Both the position numbers and the translations under genes were made by a program. The notes under the pieces were generated by a model. It worked only from the letters and a program-made list of their open reading frames with translations. It was not told the origin of the DNA and searched no databases. Shown here piece by piece: positions 12,094 to 24,511 of a stretch of 64,000 bases of DNA. Source of the stretch: Oikopleura dioica (taxonomy: Eukaryota > Animalia > Chordata); contig OU015566.1 of NCBI GenBank assembly GCA_907165135.1, forward strand, positions 2,356,001-2,420,000, read 5' to 3'. The number at the start of each line of letters is the position of its first letter. Position 1 is the first letter of the stretch.

Positions 12094-13043
12094 AATTTCG
12101 AGCCGGAAAACATGCTAAAGTGTGAGTAAAAATGATAAAAATTCTTGATGAAATGGTGGCCTAATGAGAGAAGAATTCAGAAAAGATTTTGACAACGTGC
12201 GCTGGAAATGTTTTCTAGTTGCAGCAAAGAGCACTCGACAGCACGATTTCGCCCCTCTTTGAATAACTGCGGCGGAACAAGGAAGCGGATTTCTCATACA
12301 GCTAGACTCAATCCTTTGTTCGCAATTCACCACAACCTGCTTTGTTTTTTGCATTTTCGGGCGAATTTTATTTTTTCAAATTTTCAATTTTTTTGCTGAA
12401 AACTTCGAAAACCGACCGTATTTTTGAGTAATTTAAAAATTAATCGAAAAACGCATATTTCGATCACGCAGATACTCAAAATCAAAAAAACAATACAGTA
12501 TCGAATCTCTTTATTTTTCTAAGAAGCATCAAGTCTCGTATTGAATAATCTTTCAATACAGTATCGACAGAATACTGTAGATTGACAGATCGCCCGGATA
12601 GCATCATTTGACCGTTGGCTTTTCAGACGATAAGAGATGAATTTAGTAACTATATTTTCGATTTCCTCCATTTTTGCGGTCAACCCGTTGCGGATCGAGA
12701 AACGCAATCTTCCATTTTTCCCGAACATGGTCGAACTTATCAGTCAAGATCTTGGAGAGATTCTTCTTCAATTAGCCGAGCTCTAGAATCAATTAATCAC
12801 TTATCTATTATGAATAAAATATGATTCTTACCTATTTCAAGCCCTTTTGGAGAGAATTCCGCAAAAAAGTTTTCATATTCAATCGAATCAGCATTTTTGA
12901 GCTGGATGCTTGATTAAATTTTCAAGAAGTACAGTAATAAGCGCTGATGAAAAATGACTTTAAGGTCAATCGGCGCACTTTTTATTGACGAATACTCCAT
13001 TAATACCAGCTACTGCGGTGAATAAATCTCACATCATCAAATA

Positions 13044-13260
13044 CCGCGATTGGCAGTCCTGACTGACTGATTTTTGAAAGATGCACATTGACGTTACAAT
13101 TCTCCATGCTAAAAACATAGGAGATTTGTAACGTAGATTGCGTAGGCGTCACTGGTTTGACGGAACTCTAAAAGAAGAGACACTAGAGTCAAATTTTAAT
13201 TGGTTGATTAGCTATTTCACTCGAAAATCAGAATCAGTCAGTCAGAAATGCCAATCGCGG
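13044..13260. mobile_element. TA-flanked MITE
   Basis: TIR CCGCGATTGGCA...CTGACTGACTGATT at both ends; TA on each side. Confidence 0.7.
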
Positions 13261-13298
13261 TAGTTCATTTTTACCGCTCATTTTGAATTTAGAAGGAG

Positions 13299-13451
13299 AT
13301 GAACTTCTTTATAATATTTTTGTTCTTTTCTACACTTGCGACTTCTCCTGCCCGAAAATTGGAGAAGCGATACGTTCATTTTTTCCCAAATCTGGTCGAG
13401 TTGGTTAGTGAAGATTTCGGCAAAATTCAAGAGATTTTATCTGATATTTAG
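13299..13451 (+). CDS. 50-aa secreted peptide precursor
   Basis: MNFFIIFLFFSTLATSPARKLEKRYVHFFPNLVELVSEDFGKIQEILSDI*; below the ORF-track cutoff; TTTAG acceptor just upstream. Confidence 0.55.
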   Translation: MNFFIIFLFFSTLATSPARKLEKRYVHFFPNLVELVSEDFGKIQEILSDI

Positions 13452-13668
13452 TCTTTCTTATTCAGAACAAATACAATATCCAAACCCTTTTTTCTGAAAA
13501 TATGTGACTTTTGACCTGAGAGAAGGGGTAAAACATATGTAATGGAATTGACAATATGAGCCAATATTTTGTGGTCATTTTAATCGTTAAAAATGCCATT
13601 TGTTCCGATCACCGAAGATATATTTCAACCCTGTCCCTCGCAGACCGAAAAAGAAGAGATCTAAGAGC

Positions 13669-13898
13669 ATGCGGATTTTGACTTTTTTGTTTCTTTTGCT
13701 TTCTCCCTCCTCTGGCGGTTTTGTGAACGACTGGGATCAGTATTTCAACGTGCCGCCTCTGCACCAAGTCACGAATCCCAAAGGTTTGTTGTTTTAGTAT
13801 TTCCGCAAGAGCAAACGTCTTAAGGGCTGCAATTCAAAAAACACGCTGGTGGAAAACTCGGCGATTTGTTAATGGAAAATGGACTAAATTTTTACTGA
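13669..13898 (+). CDS. About 62-aa secreted peptide
   Basis: MRILTFLFLLLSPSSGGFVNDWDQYFNVPPLHQVTNPK|GLQFKKHAGGKLGDLLMENGLNFY*; 41-nt GT-AG intron 13784-13824. Confidence 0.55.
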
Positions 13899-13964
13899 CT
13901 TTGCTTCTGCAAAAAAAAACTCTCAAATAAAAATATCAAAAATGCTTTTTGAAATTTTGAAAAT

Positions 13965-14525
13965 TGGATGAGTCATAATTATGAAAAATTTGATGATTCA
14001 TAATTATGAAAGACTTGATGAGTCATTATAATGAAAAATTCAATGACTCATTATTATTACAGTTTTTTATGGAATTTCTGGACATCAAATTTCTGGACAT
14101 TTTTCGGATTTTAAGGGGTTTTCTTGGGACAAATTCAAAGAGAGGGGGTATCAAATTTCTGGACATTTTTTCTCAACAGATGTCTTCGACATCTAAATTT
14201 TTAGTCAAACTTGAGTTATTTATGCCAATTTCATCTATAAAGAGCTATTATTCTTCGAAAATCTTATAATATAACAAGAAAGACGGCTACAGCGCGTTTC
14301 TTTTATTGTTCTTTAGTAATTTTTTTGAAAAAAATCGTCAATTTTTCCGTCTCGAAAAATTTTTTAGCAATTTTGTTGGGACATTTTTCTGAAGGCTCTG
14401 TATCGAATTTCTGGACATTTTCGGGAAAAATGGGGGACAAAAAATGTCCAGAAATTCCATTATTAACTGTATTAGTTTAATGAGTCATAGTTATGGAAAA
14501 TTTAATGAGTCATAATTATGAAAAT
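13965..14525. repeat. 25-bp minisatellite containing TGA(G/C)TCA, split by a MITE
   Basis: Units at 13969, 13994, 14019, 14044 and 14481, 14506. Confidence 0.75.
14060..14469. mobile_element. Tc1/mariner-type MITE
   Basis: TA TSD; TIR CAGTT...ATGGAATTTCTGGACAT; related copy at 53851-54186. Confidence 0.8.
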
Positions 14526-15049
14526 CATAATTGTCCCAAGCTCAATCAAGTTCGCGATAAGTACATCCTCATTTAATTAGTAGTAGTTGCTTCCAGAAAC
14601 AAGCAAATGCGATGATCAGGGCTGGACCAACTCCTATTCCTGGAGATAACTAATCGTCGATTGTGATCAAAACTCTGGACGGCCCCACAATGCACGTGTG
14701 TCAAAATATTTTGCTTTACTCAATCAAAACTAAGAAAAACGAAAGTCCGGAAACGTGACGTTTTCCTTTTATTCTTGCTCATCAATAATTTAATAATTGC
14801 CCCAAAACAAGAATTCTAACACCTGCGCGAAGTTGTGATCTAACTAAAAATTGTGACATAAATATTGGTCGCTTATGAAAAAAATAAAAACTAGGGCTAA
14901 ACTTTTAGCAGATGTTTTTATTAAAAAATGAGGTCGATTGGGCTAGAAACGTGGCTCTAAAAAATTTATTCTTTGAATTTTAAAATTTATTTTTTTTATA
15001 ATTCTTCTTTCTTTCTTTTCTTTTCCAATTCATCAACCATCTTATGAAT

Positions 15050-15955
15050 CCTTCTGTCATCGTCCGCAATATCTTCTTCCGAGTAAAAACCGCAAGGGCT
15101 ATCCGTATCCAAACAAGAAATTCCGTTTGCGTAAGTTTTAAAAACACAAAATTAGGTCATACTCTTCCTAAAGTCCAAGGCGTCCTTCCAGTCCCCGTCA
15201 CCGGATCCCAGCGGGTCGCGAATCGGAAATAATTGAAAACGCGCCCTTTATCAGCCGAATCGCAGCTTTTGGAGAAGTTCTTTTATGAAACGAAAAATAA
15301 CGTTATTGGACGATTTCAATTAATTATCAACGTAAAAACGAAGGGAAATAGTATGTATCTAATGTGGAAAACAATGCCTCAAGAATTTTATCTTCATTTT
15401 TTAGAACTTTTTCTTTGGCCGGGAAGAAACTCGTCCGGCAAATGGCGTAAGTAGCAAAGCGTCTAGAAATAAATATAGAATAAATGTGAGGTAAAACAAG
15501 TTTGTTGTAAGTACCATAATTGCTCATTATCGATAACATAAAATCGGAAATATTGGCAAAACAGGTTGCCTAGCCCCGTATTGGGCCTTCAAGTTTCTTT
15601 CGGGATCCGAAAATTAGGGTGTCACTTTGCTAATTTAAGTTTTTACCTGGCAAAAACAGGCCCCATCTTCTTTCGCATAAAGCGCGTAGTTAAACGGTCC
15701 TGCAGGTCTGAAGTCATCCTCTAGAAAGAAGAGAAAAGGCTCGTTTGACCATTATGATGAAAAAGTTATCATTAAAAAACCTGGATCATAAACACTCGCG
15801 CAGAATTCTAAACAATCTGCCTGGGAACGCTCTAAGCTCGTCTGCATTAAAAAGTCATCGTAGCAAAAGTAGGACACATTTTCTCTCATCAAAGTGTAGC
15901 CAGAGCCATTTTCCGCGAAAGATAAATGCAAAAATAGCAGATTCAGAAATTTCAT
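15050..15955 (-). CDS. Secreted Cys-containing protein, PAN/apple-like motif; 3' exons uncertain
   Basis: MKFLNLLFLHLSFA signal; SQADCLEFCASVYDPG; EDDFRPAGPFNYALYAKEDGACFCQ exon. Confidence 0.4.
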
Positions 15956-16311
15956 TTTTTCTGAAAAAAAAATTTTTCGAAAAAAATGACCATTTTTCGA
16001 GCATTTGTGTATTTCCCACGAGCGAATTTCAAATAAAATTTTTGATTTTTTATTTCAAAATACGGTGTATTGAAAAAAAAATCGTGAGTTGCTTTTTTTT
16101 ATCGAATTTGAAAATTCAGCTGCGGAGTTGCCACATCAACCCTCCTGTTGTCTAAATTGCGACCAAAGACTGAAATCGACCGCAATTCGCGGTCACCTTC
16201 ATTTACCCGTAATTTGTTGATATTTTTACATCAGTTTTTGGTTTGTGTTTTATTTCAAAATCAAAATAAAAAAAAGATTTATCAATAATTTCGAATGCAT
16301 CTGGTATTTTT

Positions 16312-17574
16312 TTATTCTGCAGAAAAAGTAAATTTTGCAAGATGTTCATATTTCTCTCCAGCTTTCAGAACAGCGTTTGGAAATTCAGGCCGATTTGGCG
16401 AGTCAGGAAAGTGCTGAAGAAAAAATTTTTTCCTCCTTGATTTCAAATCTTTTTCAAACCTGAGTTTCAACGCAAAAAGCAGTTTGCTTGGCATAGTTGA
16501 CTCCTCCTTTTCCTTCTTTTCCAGGGAGAAAATTGCCGGTGTAAAATTGAACACCTGGTTGAGTTCCTTCGAGAAGCATTTTTCGACCAGTTTTCTCCGA
16601 AACCGCCTCGGCGATTTTCACAAAAGAGGAGCAGTTGAAAGTTTTGATGCACAAGTTGTGATCGATACCGTTTCCGCCTTAATTTTCTGTCAAAAAAGTC
16701 ATCATTTATTAATCTACCTGGAACAGAGGCGAGAAAATCCTGAGTCAGCAGTTGTCCCTTTCTCAAGTCGAATTTCGTGCCAGTAACATCCGTTAGTCCT
16801 CCTTTAGGGATCGCGAATTCATCGACATCGACAAAGTTATCAGCATGAATGGTCATAGAATGATTATCTAAAGTCGACCAATTTATGTGGCCATCGAGGT
16901 TGAAGTAAGTGTGATTCGTCAAATTAACCACCGTATCCGCATCTAAAAATTTTTAAGAAAATTCAATCAAAAATGCAAAATTAACCTGCTGTTGCTTCAT
17001 ATTTGATCGAAAAAGCGCCACCAACAAGTGAATAAGTAACCGTTACATCAAGTTTTCCCGGATATCCTTCATCTCCGTCTTCAGAAATCAGCTTCAGCTC
17101 GAGCCCATTTTCGACGATCTTGGCATTCCAAAACTTCTTATCGAATCCGACTTTTCCTCCATGAAGGGCATTTCGTGGTGGGTTTCCTTGATTTCAGAAG
17201 ATAAAGGAAAGCTCCTGAAAGAAAAGAGAGTACCTCCGTTGTTTTTGAAAAGCTCGTAGCTTCTGCCATTGAGAGAAAATTTTCCGTGGCCGATTCGATT
17301 AGCATATCGGCCGACAAGGCAACCGAAAAAGTTCGATTTCTCTGGGTATTCTTCTATCGTATCAAAACCAGTGACAATGTCGTCCCAGTCCCCGTTTTTG
17401 TCTTTTGTCCGAAGCGACTATCATTTTTAGTAAAAAATTTTCAAACCGAAAATTTACCTGAATAATTCCACCATAATTCAAAATGACGAGTTTTACATCT
17501 TCCGACTCGATTTCAAACGCCCTAACTGGAGTCCCATTTAGGCTACCGAATTCCTTCTCTTTCACGGAGGTCAT
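16312..17574 (-). CDS. GALM: Aldose 1-epimerase (galactose mutarotase)
   Basis: ILNYGGIIQ, VGRYANRI, NALHGG, VNLTNHTYFNL, GVQFYTGNFL, AFCVETQ, HFPDSPNRPEFP motifs across short introns. Confidence 0.95.
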
Positions 17575-18075
17575 GGTTTTGCGACAGATTCTCTGCCGGC
17601 AATTTTTATGTGCGATTGAGGAAAGCAAATTTTGCCCTCAAGTGTAGTGGGCGTAAAATGTAAACAATTCATAATTTCAGAATTTCATTTATTTCTGGAG
17701 AAAAAAATCTTTATTAACAAGAATTGCCTCAAAAAATTAGAATGATAGTTTTTAAATTGATCTTTGACTGATTAAAATCGAATAATGAAAGTAATCTTCT
17801 CGATTTTCGATCATAATTTGAGACTCGAATCGATATTGAGCGTTCTCGATCGATTCCTACCGCGTTAGCTTTCCGACGAGGTCCGTAAATATCATCATTC
17901 GTAAATTTGAAAAAGGAAAAAAAAATTACTGAAAATGATAGTTTTTCGAAGACAAAATTTCCCAAAATAAGAAGCTTTATGAATAAGCGCTTGAAACGGC
18001 GCGCTGGGATTTTTCTGACGAGACATTAGTTCTGTTATTAAAGATTTATTGCAAGTATTGAAATAAAGAGAAAAA

Positions 18076-18820
18076 TCAGCAGACAATTCGTTTTCTTGCT
18101 TTGAAGAATTCAGCTTCGCCATCATCCAGGTTTCCCTCGAAATTGCTCAATTTGAAGCCGCAGTAGCTAAGTTTTTCCCATTTTAGTTGAAACCCGCGGT
18201 AGTTGAACATCGCATCAGATCTGAATTGAAGCCTTGTGTCTTTGAAAGTATATTCCACGTGGCCGACGTAGCTGCTGACGTAATCATTTTCCTCGTTGAA
18301 GGAATTGGCCATCGATGTCGTTGACCAGCCGGTAGTGGTTGATGTCCCGGTGGTGGTTGTTTCGGAGAACGCGTCGGACGGTTGATCGTTGCAGAATTTT
18401 TCGTCGTTAATTGTCAGGAAATCAAAATGGCATCCATCGTCGTTTTCAATGTCGAAATCGAGGAAGGTGAATCGGAGAAATTCGTCAGGGCGGATGTCGA
18501 TTGTCCAGTATTCTCTAGAAAATTTGATTCATGAGAATACGCCATAAATTATGGCCCATAATAAAGTGGGCTTCTCTTACAAAATAAATTAAAATAGTGA
18601 CACCCTTAATTCGAGAAAATTAATTTTGTGATCTTTTTTCTTCAATTTCAGCAAATAATCTTTCTTACCTTTGACTTGAAGAATATCCCGGGTATCCGGG
18701 AGACTCGATTATTCCTAGATCTCCGCTTAGATGATTATTTTTGAATGAAAATTTCAGCTGGATTTCGTCTAAACTTGAAGAACCTGCAGCAGCGCAAAAG
18801 AGAGAAAAAATAGTTTTCAT
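18076..18820 (-). CDS. Secreted CUB-domain protein
   Basis: MKTIFSLFCAAAG signal; GIIESPGYPGY; FTFLDFDIENDDGCHFDFLTI; LQFRSDAMFNYRGFQLKW. Confidence 0.8.
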
Positions 18821-18899
18821 TATTTTTGTGAGAAAACGAGTCCGACGTTGGTTTAAATACGTCCGAATTCGAGGCCCAGGGCAGTTTGTCTGAGAAAAA

Positions 18900-20400
18900 T
18901 GCATGAGAGTGAAACAAGAAACGGGTTGAGCTTGAGCTGACCACGTTGAACCGGACGATACCGGATCGCCGGGATCGGAAGCATGCTTATTTTGCATAAT
19001 TTGAGCTCGCACGGAGGAAAAATGGCTGAGCAGAGCATTAGCGATGCCTGTTTTGCTTTTTAGAAAATCTTTTCTGACGTCAATTCTGATTTTTTTTATT
19101 GATTCAAGAAAAATAGAGGATGATTCTTTCGATAATTGAGCATCAAACAAGGGCATGAGGATGGGAATGTTCCGTGATGGTCTTTCTCCGTTCTTTTCCG
19201 TAGTCGGGGTCTCCATGTGTCTTTCCAAGGGTTTCTAGAGCAGCAAAGGAAAAGAGCCTAAATTATCGGTCAAGTCCTTTTGCTGACTATAGTTCATTTT
19301 CAGCCCTTTTCCTGTTTGTATTTCATGTAAAAGCACGAAAAAAGCAAGCCGATGAAGATCAAACCCGAAGTTGTGCACATCGCTATAGTCAAATTCTCCC
19401 TCTTTTTCTCGCTTTCTCTTAGCGCTAGAATTTTATTGACTCTCTTGAATTTCTATTGAATTAAATAGTAACTAACACTTATGCTGGTAATTGTCGCTGA
19501 ACATCGCCGAAGCGCACTAAAATAAGCTTTGAAAACTCGTTCTAGATTCATTCAAACCTGCGCTAGAAAAAAGAACACGAAGAAATTCATCGTCTCTAAG
19601 ATTCCTTTAAAAGTCGCTTTTTCTCCTCCCTCTCAGCTATTTTATCTTTTGCGAAAGGTCGGCTGGATTACCAGAATTTTAACAACGCGAGTTTTGGTTC
19701 GAAAAAATGGATTTTATTGAATTAAAAGAAATGACCTCCGTAATCAGAATAAAGCGCACAGCAGGAGGTGATTTCAGCAATGCTGACATGCACAAGATGC
19801 AGCTCGTCCTTCTCGTCCAAAATTTCCCTGAAATCAGTTTTGCTAGAAATTCGGTAGTTGGAGATTTTGACTTACAGTGTATAAGTTTTGTATCCACCCA
19901 TATTTGCCATACACTTCAAATGATCGGCCGACTCCAGCGAATCCAAACAGCAATTGAAGATTCCCTTTTCATCCGCGCCTAAAGAAGGATAGTCTCCCCC
20001 TTGAAAAACCTGGCTTACCCGAAGTCTGACAGGTTGACGAGAGGAAGCGCTCCGGCGAGGCGCAGAATCCCCAGCTCAGTGAGTTTGTGAAGCACATGGC
20101 TTTTCGAACTGCCACGTCTTTTATCCCCGCTGGAATGGCGCAACTTTTCTTCGAGAAATTCCCATCTTAAAAGACTTTGTCTGGCCGTGTTTTCTTTTTT
20201 AAAATTACCATGGTTGAGGACTTTGATGAAACTGTGGTGACAGTTCCACTCCGTATTGCTTGGGATTTGAAAGTTGATCAGTCTCTTGGCATAGCGATTT
20301 CCGCAGATTTCTTCTTCGATGAATTCCTGTTCAGTCAATTTTTGATCATCGAGAAGACAAATCGCATTTACTGAAAATATAGCCTTTATTATATAGGTCA
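18900..20400 (-). CDS. Multi-exon single-pass membrane protein, unidentified; ends approximate
   Basis: Spliceable exons GADEKGIFNCCLDSLESADHLKC...|EILDEKDELHLVHVSIAEITSCC; TM segment GLIFIGLLFSCFYMKYK. Confidence 0.35.
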
Positions 20401-20406
20401 TTCAAC

Positions 20407-20541
20407 GGGGTGGCGATAGGAGCCGACAAAAAAATTTCGACAAATTTTGCGTGGGCGGCTACTCGACTGATGATAAGCCAATGAGCCGAATCTGGGCTTC
20501 TGATTGGTTGAAAATTTTTTGTCGGTCCCAGACACCTCCCC
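20407..20541. mobile_element. CCAAT-bearing MITE, copy 3, 8-bp TSD
   Basis: TSD CATTCAAC at 20399-20406 and 20542-20549; termini GGGG...CCCC. Confidence 0.85.
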
Positions 20542-20851
20542 CATTCAACTATCAGGGTCTCTAGTTGAGACTCTTAACCCTAACCCTATCCTTATTAATA
20601 TCTTTTGTCTAACCTCTCAAATAAGCAATACAAAAAAGAGTTATTATTCTCATTATGCTCAACATTGCGATTTTCTGGCGTAACTATTTATACTCCTTCC
20701 TCCGTTGCTCTTTAATTCTCCAAATGCCTGGGAAATCCTACCACCCATATGCCCCGTTCTTGGTTGTTATGCATATAAGATGTATCAACGTACTTCTGGA
20801 ATAATTAATTTGCTTTGACGGATGAGACAGAAAAAGACAAGAGAATACGAG

Positions 20852-21746
20852 TTAACAATTTATTCCAGTGCAGAAAGCGGCGATATCCCAGCGGCGCGAT
20901 CGATACTGCAAGAAATACTGAGTTCCGAATGTTGAGCTGCCTCGTCTCATTATCAGCGCTAGAATAAAGGAATGGGGAAGGAAAAGGGTTAAGGATCTAA
21001 CCGGCAGTATTGCCGCAAGAACAAGCTTGTTCCAGTCCTTTTTCCATGTGTTTTTTGCATGTTGAAGCTGAATATAATAAAATAAAAATGAAAGATTTTT
21101 CGTAAGAATTTATCATAGTGACACCCTTATCTCATTTTTTGTCAAAATCTTTACCATTTTCTCTAAACTGGCAAAGATCGAAATTCGGCATCAGCGTCCA
21201 TCTCGTAGCTTTATAAATGCTTGAATTCGACTCCTTGGCGATCTTGACGCAAGCAGCAGCTCTTGGTCGACCATTAATGTCCGGAGTGATGGGAACTTTC
21301 CATCCTTCGCCGATGATTTCGAACTCGTCCGGGTCGTTAAAAACAGCGCAAGTGAATGAATACGAAAGAAGGCCGCTTTTGACGAATTGATCGTGGAGTC
21401 CTTTTTGAACCGATCGAGCCATCATGTAGTTGCTGAAAATATGAAGTGAAATACAGGCACTAGAATTTAGACAGCGACGCGGTTTCGCCTCAGGGTATCC
21501 TTATGTAAGGCTTCAATGTCAACACAATTTAATCTCTGAACTTTCGCTACGTTTAACTTACTTTTGAGTTGGATTAATCGTCGAAAAAATCAAAACTGCA
21601 TCATTTATGCAATTTTGACTCCATCGGTTAAAACTCTGCTCGTTCACAAAGCATGCAGATGGATCTTAATTTTTACCATTTTCTCGATTTCTAGCAAACT
21701 TACCAAAAGCAAAACTGATCGAAAGTATCAGCGGGAGAATCTTCAT
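20852..21746 (-). CDS. Secreted or GPI-type protein of unknown function
   Basis: MKILPLILSISFAF|DPSACFVNEQSFNRWSQNC; exon ARSVQKGLHDQFVK...FDLCQFRENG; hydrophobic C-terminal exon; 3' end uncertain. Confidence 0.5.
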
Positions 21747-22072
21747 TTTGGAAATTTCGAAGAGACTCTTTCTTTCGTTTCTTCAGAAAATCATGAACTC
21801 GCGAATTCTTCTTTTTCTCCTCGGCGAGGTGATAAGCTTGCTTTGTTCAAGAAGAGCCAAAAATGAAAATGTGATGAAAGCAAATATATTTTTAGGCATT
21901 TGTTTTCTCCGTCAAATTCAGCCTTTTATGACCTTTAAAACTAGGCTAGCGATTTTTCTAGCGCCGTCACTTCTAGTTACTCAGCAGCAAGAACCCCCGG
22001 AGAATAGCTTGAGGCCATTTCGGTTAAGCCATCCCTTTTAAAGTGAAGATTGTGCAACTTAAAATTTCGAAA

Positions 22073-24350
22073 ATGAATCGGTATTTGAGTTCTTTTATTT
22101 TTGGAGCTTTGACTTATCAAATATTCCTTTTGTTTTTCAAAACAATCATTTTCGGTGATCAAAATTTGACGAGAAAGCAGGTCAGAGAGTCGATTTCTTG
22201 CAACAAGAGGGTGAGAAGAGAAGGAAGAAATGAAGATGATGATAAAAATAAGTACACGAAGATTTCAGACTCATTTGTTTATTATGAAGAAAAAGACTTC
22301 AGGAAAGATAGATATATTTATGTTTTCCCCTTCAAAAAAAGGGCACCCTTATTTGTTCTCTTCTTTTCTGCATGTTTCCCCTTGTTCGTCCGTGGGCCAC
22401 GTAGCCTTAGCCACGAGAAAAGACTATTCGACATAGAACGAACAAGGGTACACATTAAGAAAACTAGAGGATCAATAAGGGGACCCCCTTCTTTATGTTA
22501 ATTGAATAGAAATTGAATATCTATCCATTCCAAGCGAAAGAGCCCTAAAACGAACTCGAGTCACTCAATTTTTCACATCTTTGAGTCAAGGACACGATTA
22601 TGTTGAAAAGTCGTACCTGCCGAATCCTCTTTACGCTTCTCAAAACTCCTGCAAGTGCGACAAATTCAAAGAACTCTTCGGCGAGCCGTTCGACTTCAAC
22701 GAAATTTTCAAAAACGAATCGTTTGTTGAAGAAAATGAAATTCGAAAACAGCAGTTTGAGCAATACAAAAATTTCAATCTTCACGAGCAAATGGCGTATC
22801 CTCTTCTCAAACGAGGCCCGTTCAATCCGATCGAAATTCCGAGCTTTGGAATTCATATGGAGCATTTAGAAGCGCTGAACCTTCCGATTCAAATCCATTT
22901 GCCGAAGGATGAAAAGATAAAAATCGATCTTCAGTGCAGTTATTGTCAATTTGGGATAGTGAAGAACAATTTTTTTAAAGGAAAGTTCCGAATATACTCA
23001 TTTTCAAAAGCCCAAGTACGGATCTTCTTTACCAAAAAGGACCATTCGGAACTTTAAATCTCAGATTTTACTGAAAAGAATTTCAACTTCCTTTCCCGCA
23101 ACTTTCTCAAAATGCAATTCTGGGACAAAATGCAGTATCAACCACGATCTTACCCAAGGGATATCGTCCGAACTGTAGAAGAAACAAACGAGTTACTTAA
23201 AATAATCAACTACTACGTCACTCTTTTTGATGCCAGAAGATTGCGAGACATCGTTACTGTCAAAATAACCAGAACAGCGTCGGGAGAAGAATTTGAAGCA
23301 AAATTTCCAGTTGATATTCATCGACCAGAGATGCCAATTTTGAGCGTTAGGGATGGCGATTCGTTTGCAGAGAGAGTCACGATTGTCACGAAAACTTTCA
23401 TGAGATATGATTGTCTCAGGCAGGGCTAAGAAAAAACATAAAAAAATTCCGAATTTCACATTCTCAGCCCCTTTTCAAAGGCGTTTATTAGACTCGATCG
23501 CGAAATTTTACCCGGGAGTTGAAGTCATTGTCGCTGATGATACTCATCCCGAGAACTACGAGCGCATTTCCCAAGAAAAATATCCATTTGTCAAGCAACA
23601 TCGAATGCCAGCTGAATCTGGCTTCTTCGCTGGTCGAGCTTTAGCGATTTCTCAAGTTACTACTGAATTCTTCATAACAGTCGACGATGATTTCGTTCTG
23701 ACGGAAAAGACGAGGCTTGAGGACTTGCTGGAAACAATCGAGGAGAGTGGATACGACATCGTCGGGGGAGAGGTTTACAATGATTCGGGCGAGATTTCCG
23801 ATATCCCTTTCTGGAGCAAATACGGACGATTTGACATTTCTAGCTCTGACGATGGGTTTTGCTACTATCGAGGGGATTATGGAAGTGAAGAAGGAAAGTT
23901 TCAAATTTTTTTACATATTTTTTGAAAATGACGATTTTGAAACAATTTCAAGGAATCAAAATGCCTGGCTTTCCAAATTGTCGAGCTCGAGATATCATTA
24001 AGAATTACTTCATCGCCCGAACTTCAACTGCTGGAACGATCAGAATGGATCCTCACTTTGCTCGAACTGGCCACAAAGAATTCTTCTTGGATGCATTTGG
24101 ACATCTTCGAATCGCCGCGTAAGGATTTTTATTTAATTGAAGAGTCCTTAAGTTGTTTTTCAGTTGCGAACTAGCTCCTGTTCTACATGATCCAAACGGC
24201 TGTCAAGGAAGATCTGACGAATACAAGGCCTTCCGATTTCAACATAAACGAAACGAAACAAAAGAAGAATTCGAACTAGAATCAAATCGCTTGTGGTACC
24301 ACCGGAATTACTTCAAATGTTATCAAGAACATTTTCCAACAACCTTTTAA
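22073..24350 (+). CDS. Beta-1,4-N-acetylgalactosaminyltransferase (B4GALNT1/2-like, GT12)
   Basis: Type II anchor; VTIVTKTFMRYDCLR|RLLDSI..FYP...IVADD; GFFAGRALAISQVTTEFFITVDDDF; GHKEFFLDAFGHLRIAA. Confidence 0.88.
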
Positions 24351-24511
24351 ATAATGCAAATAAATTTCATAAACAACCTCTTGACGACCCTGAGTTAGCC
24401 ACTGAATTCAACCTTCAAACGACCTTATTTAATCAGCAGCGGTCGCAATTTTCAAACGCATATCAAAATCAGCAAAAAAAGCAGTCCGTATTTGCAATTT
24501 CAGCAAGAGAA

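Noticed and set aside
12519-12930. Possible minus-strand gene
   Set aside because: Plausible exons do not join without stops; unsupported
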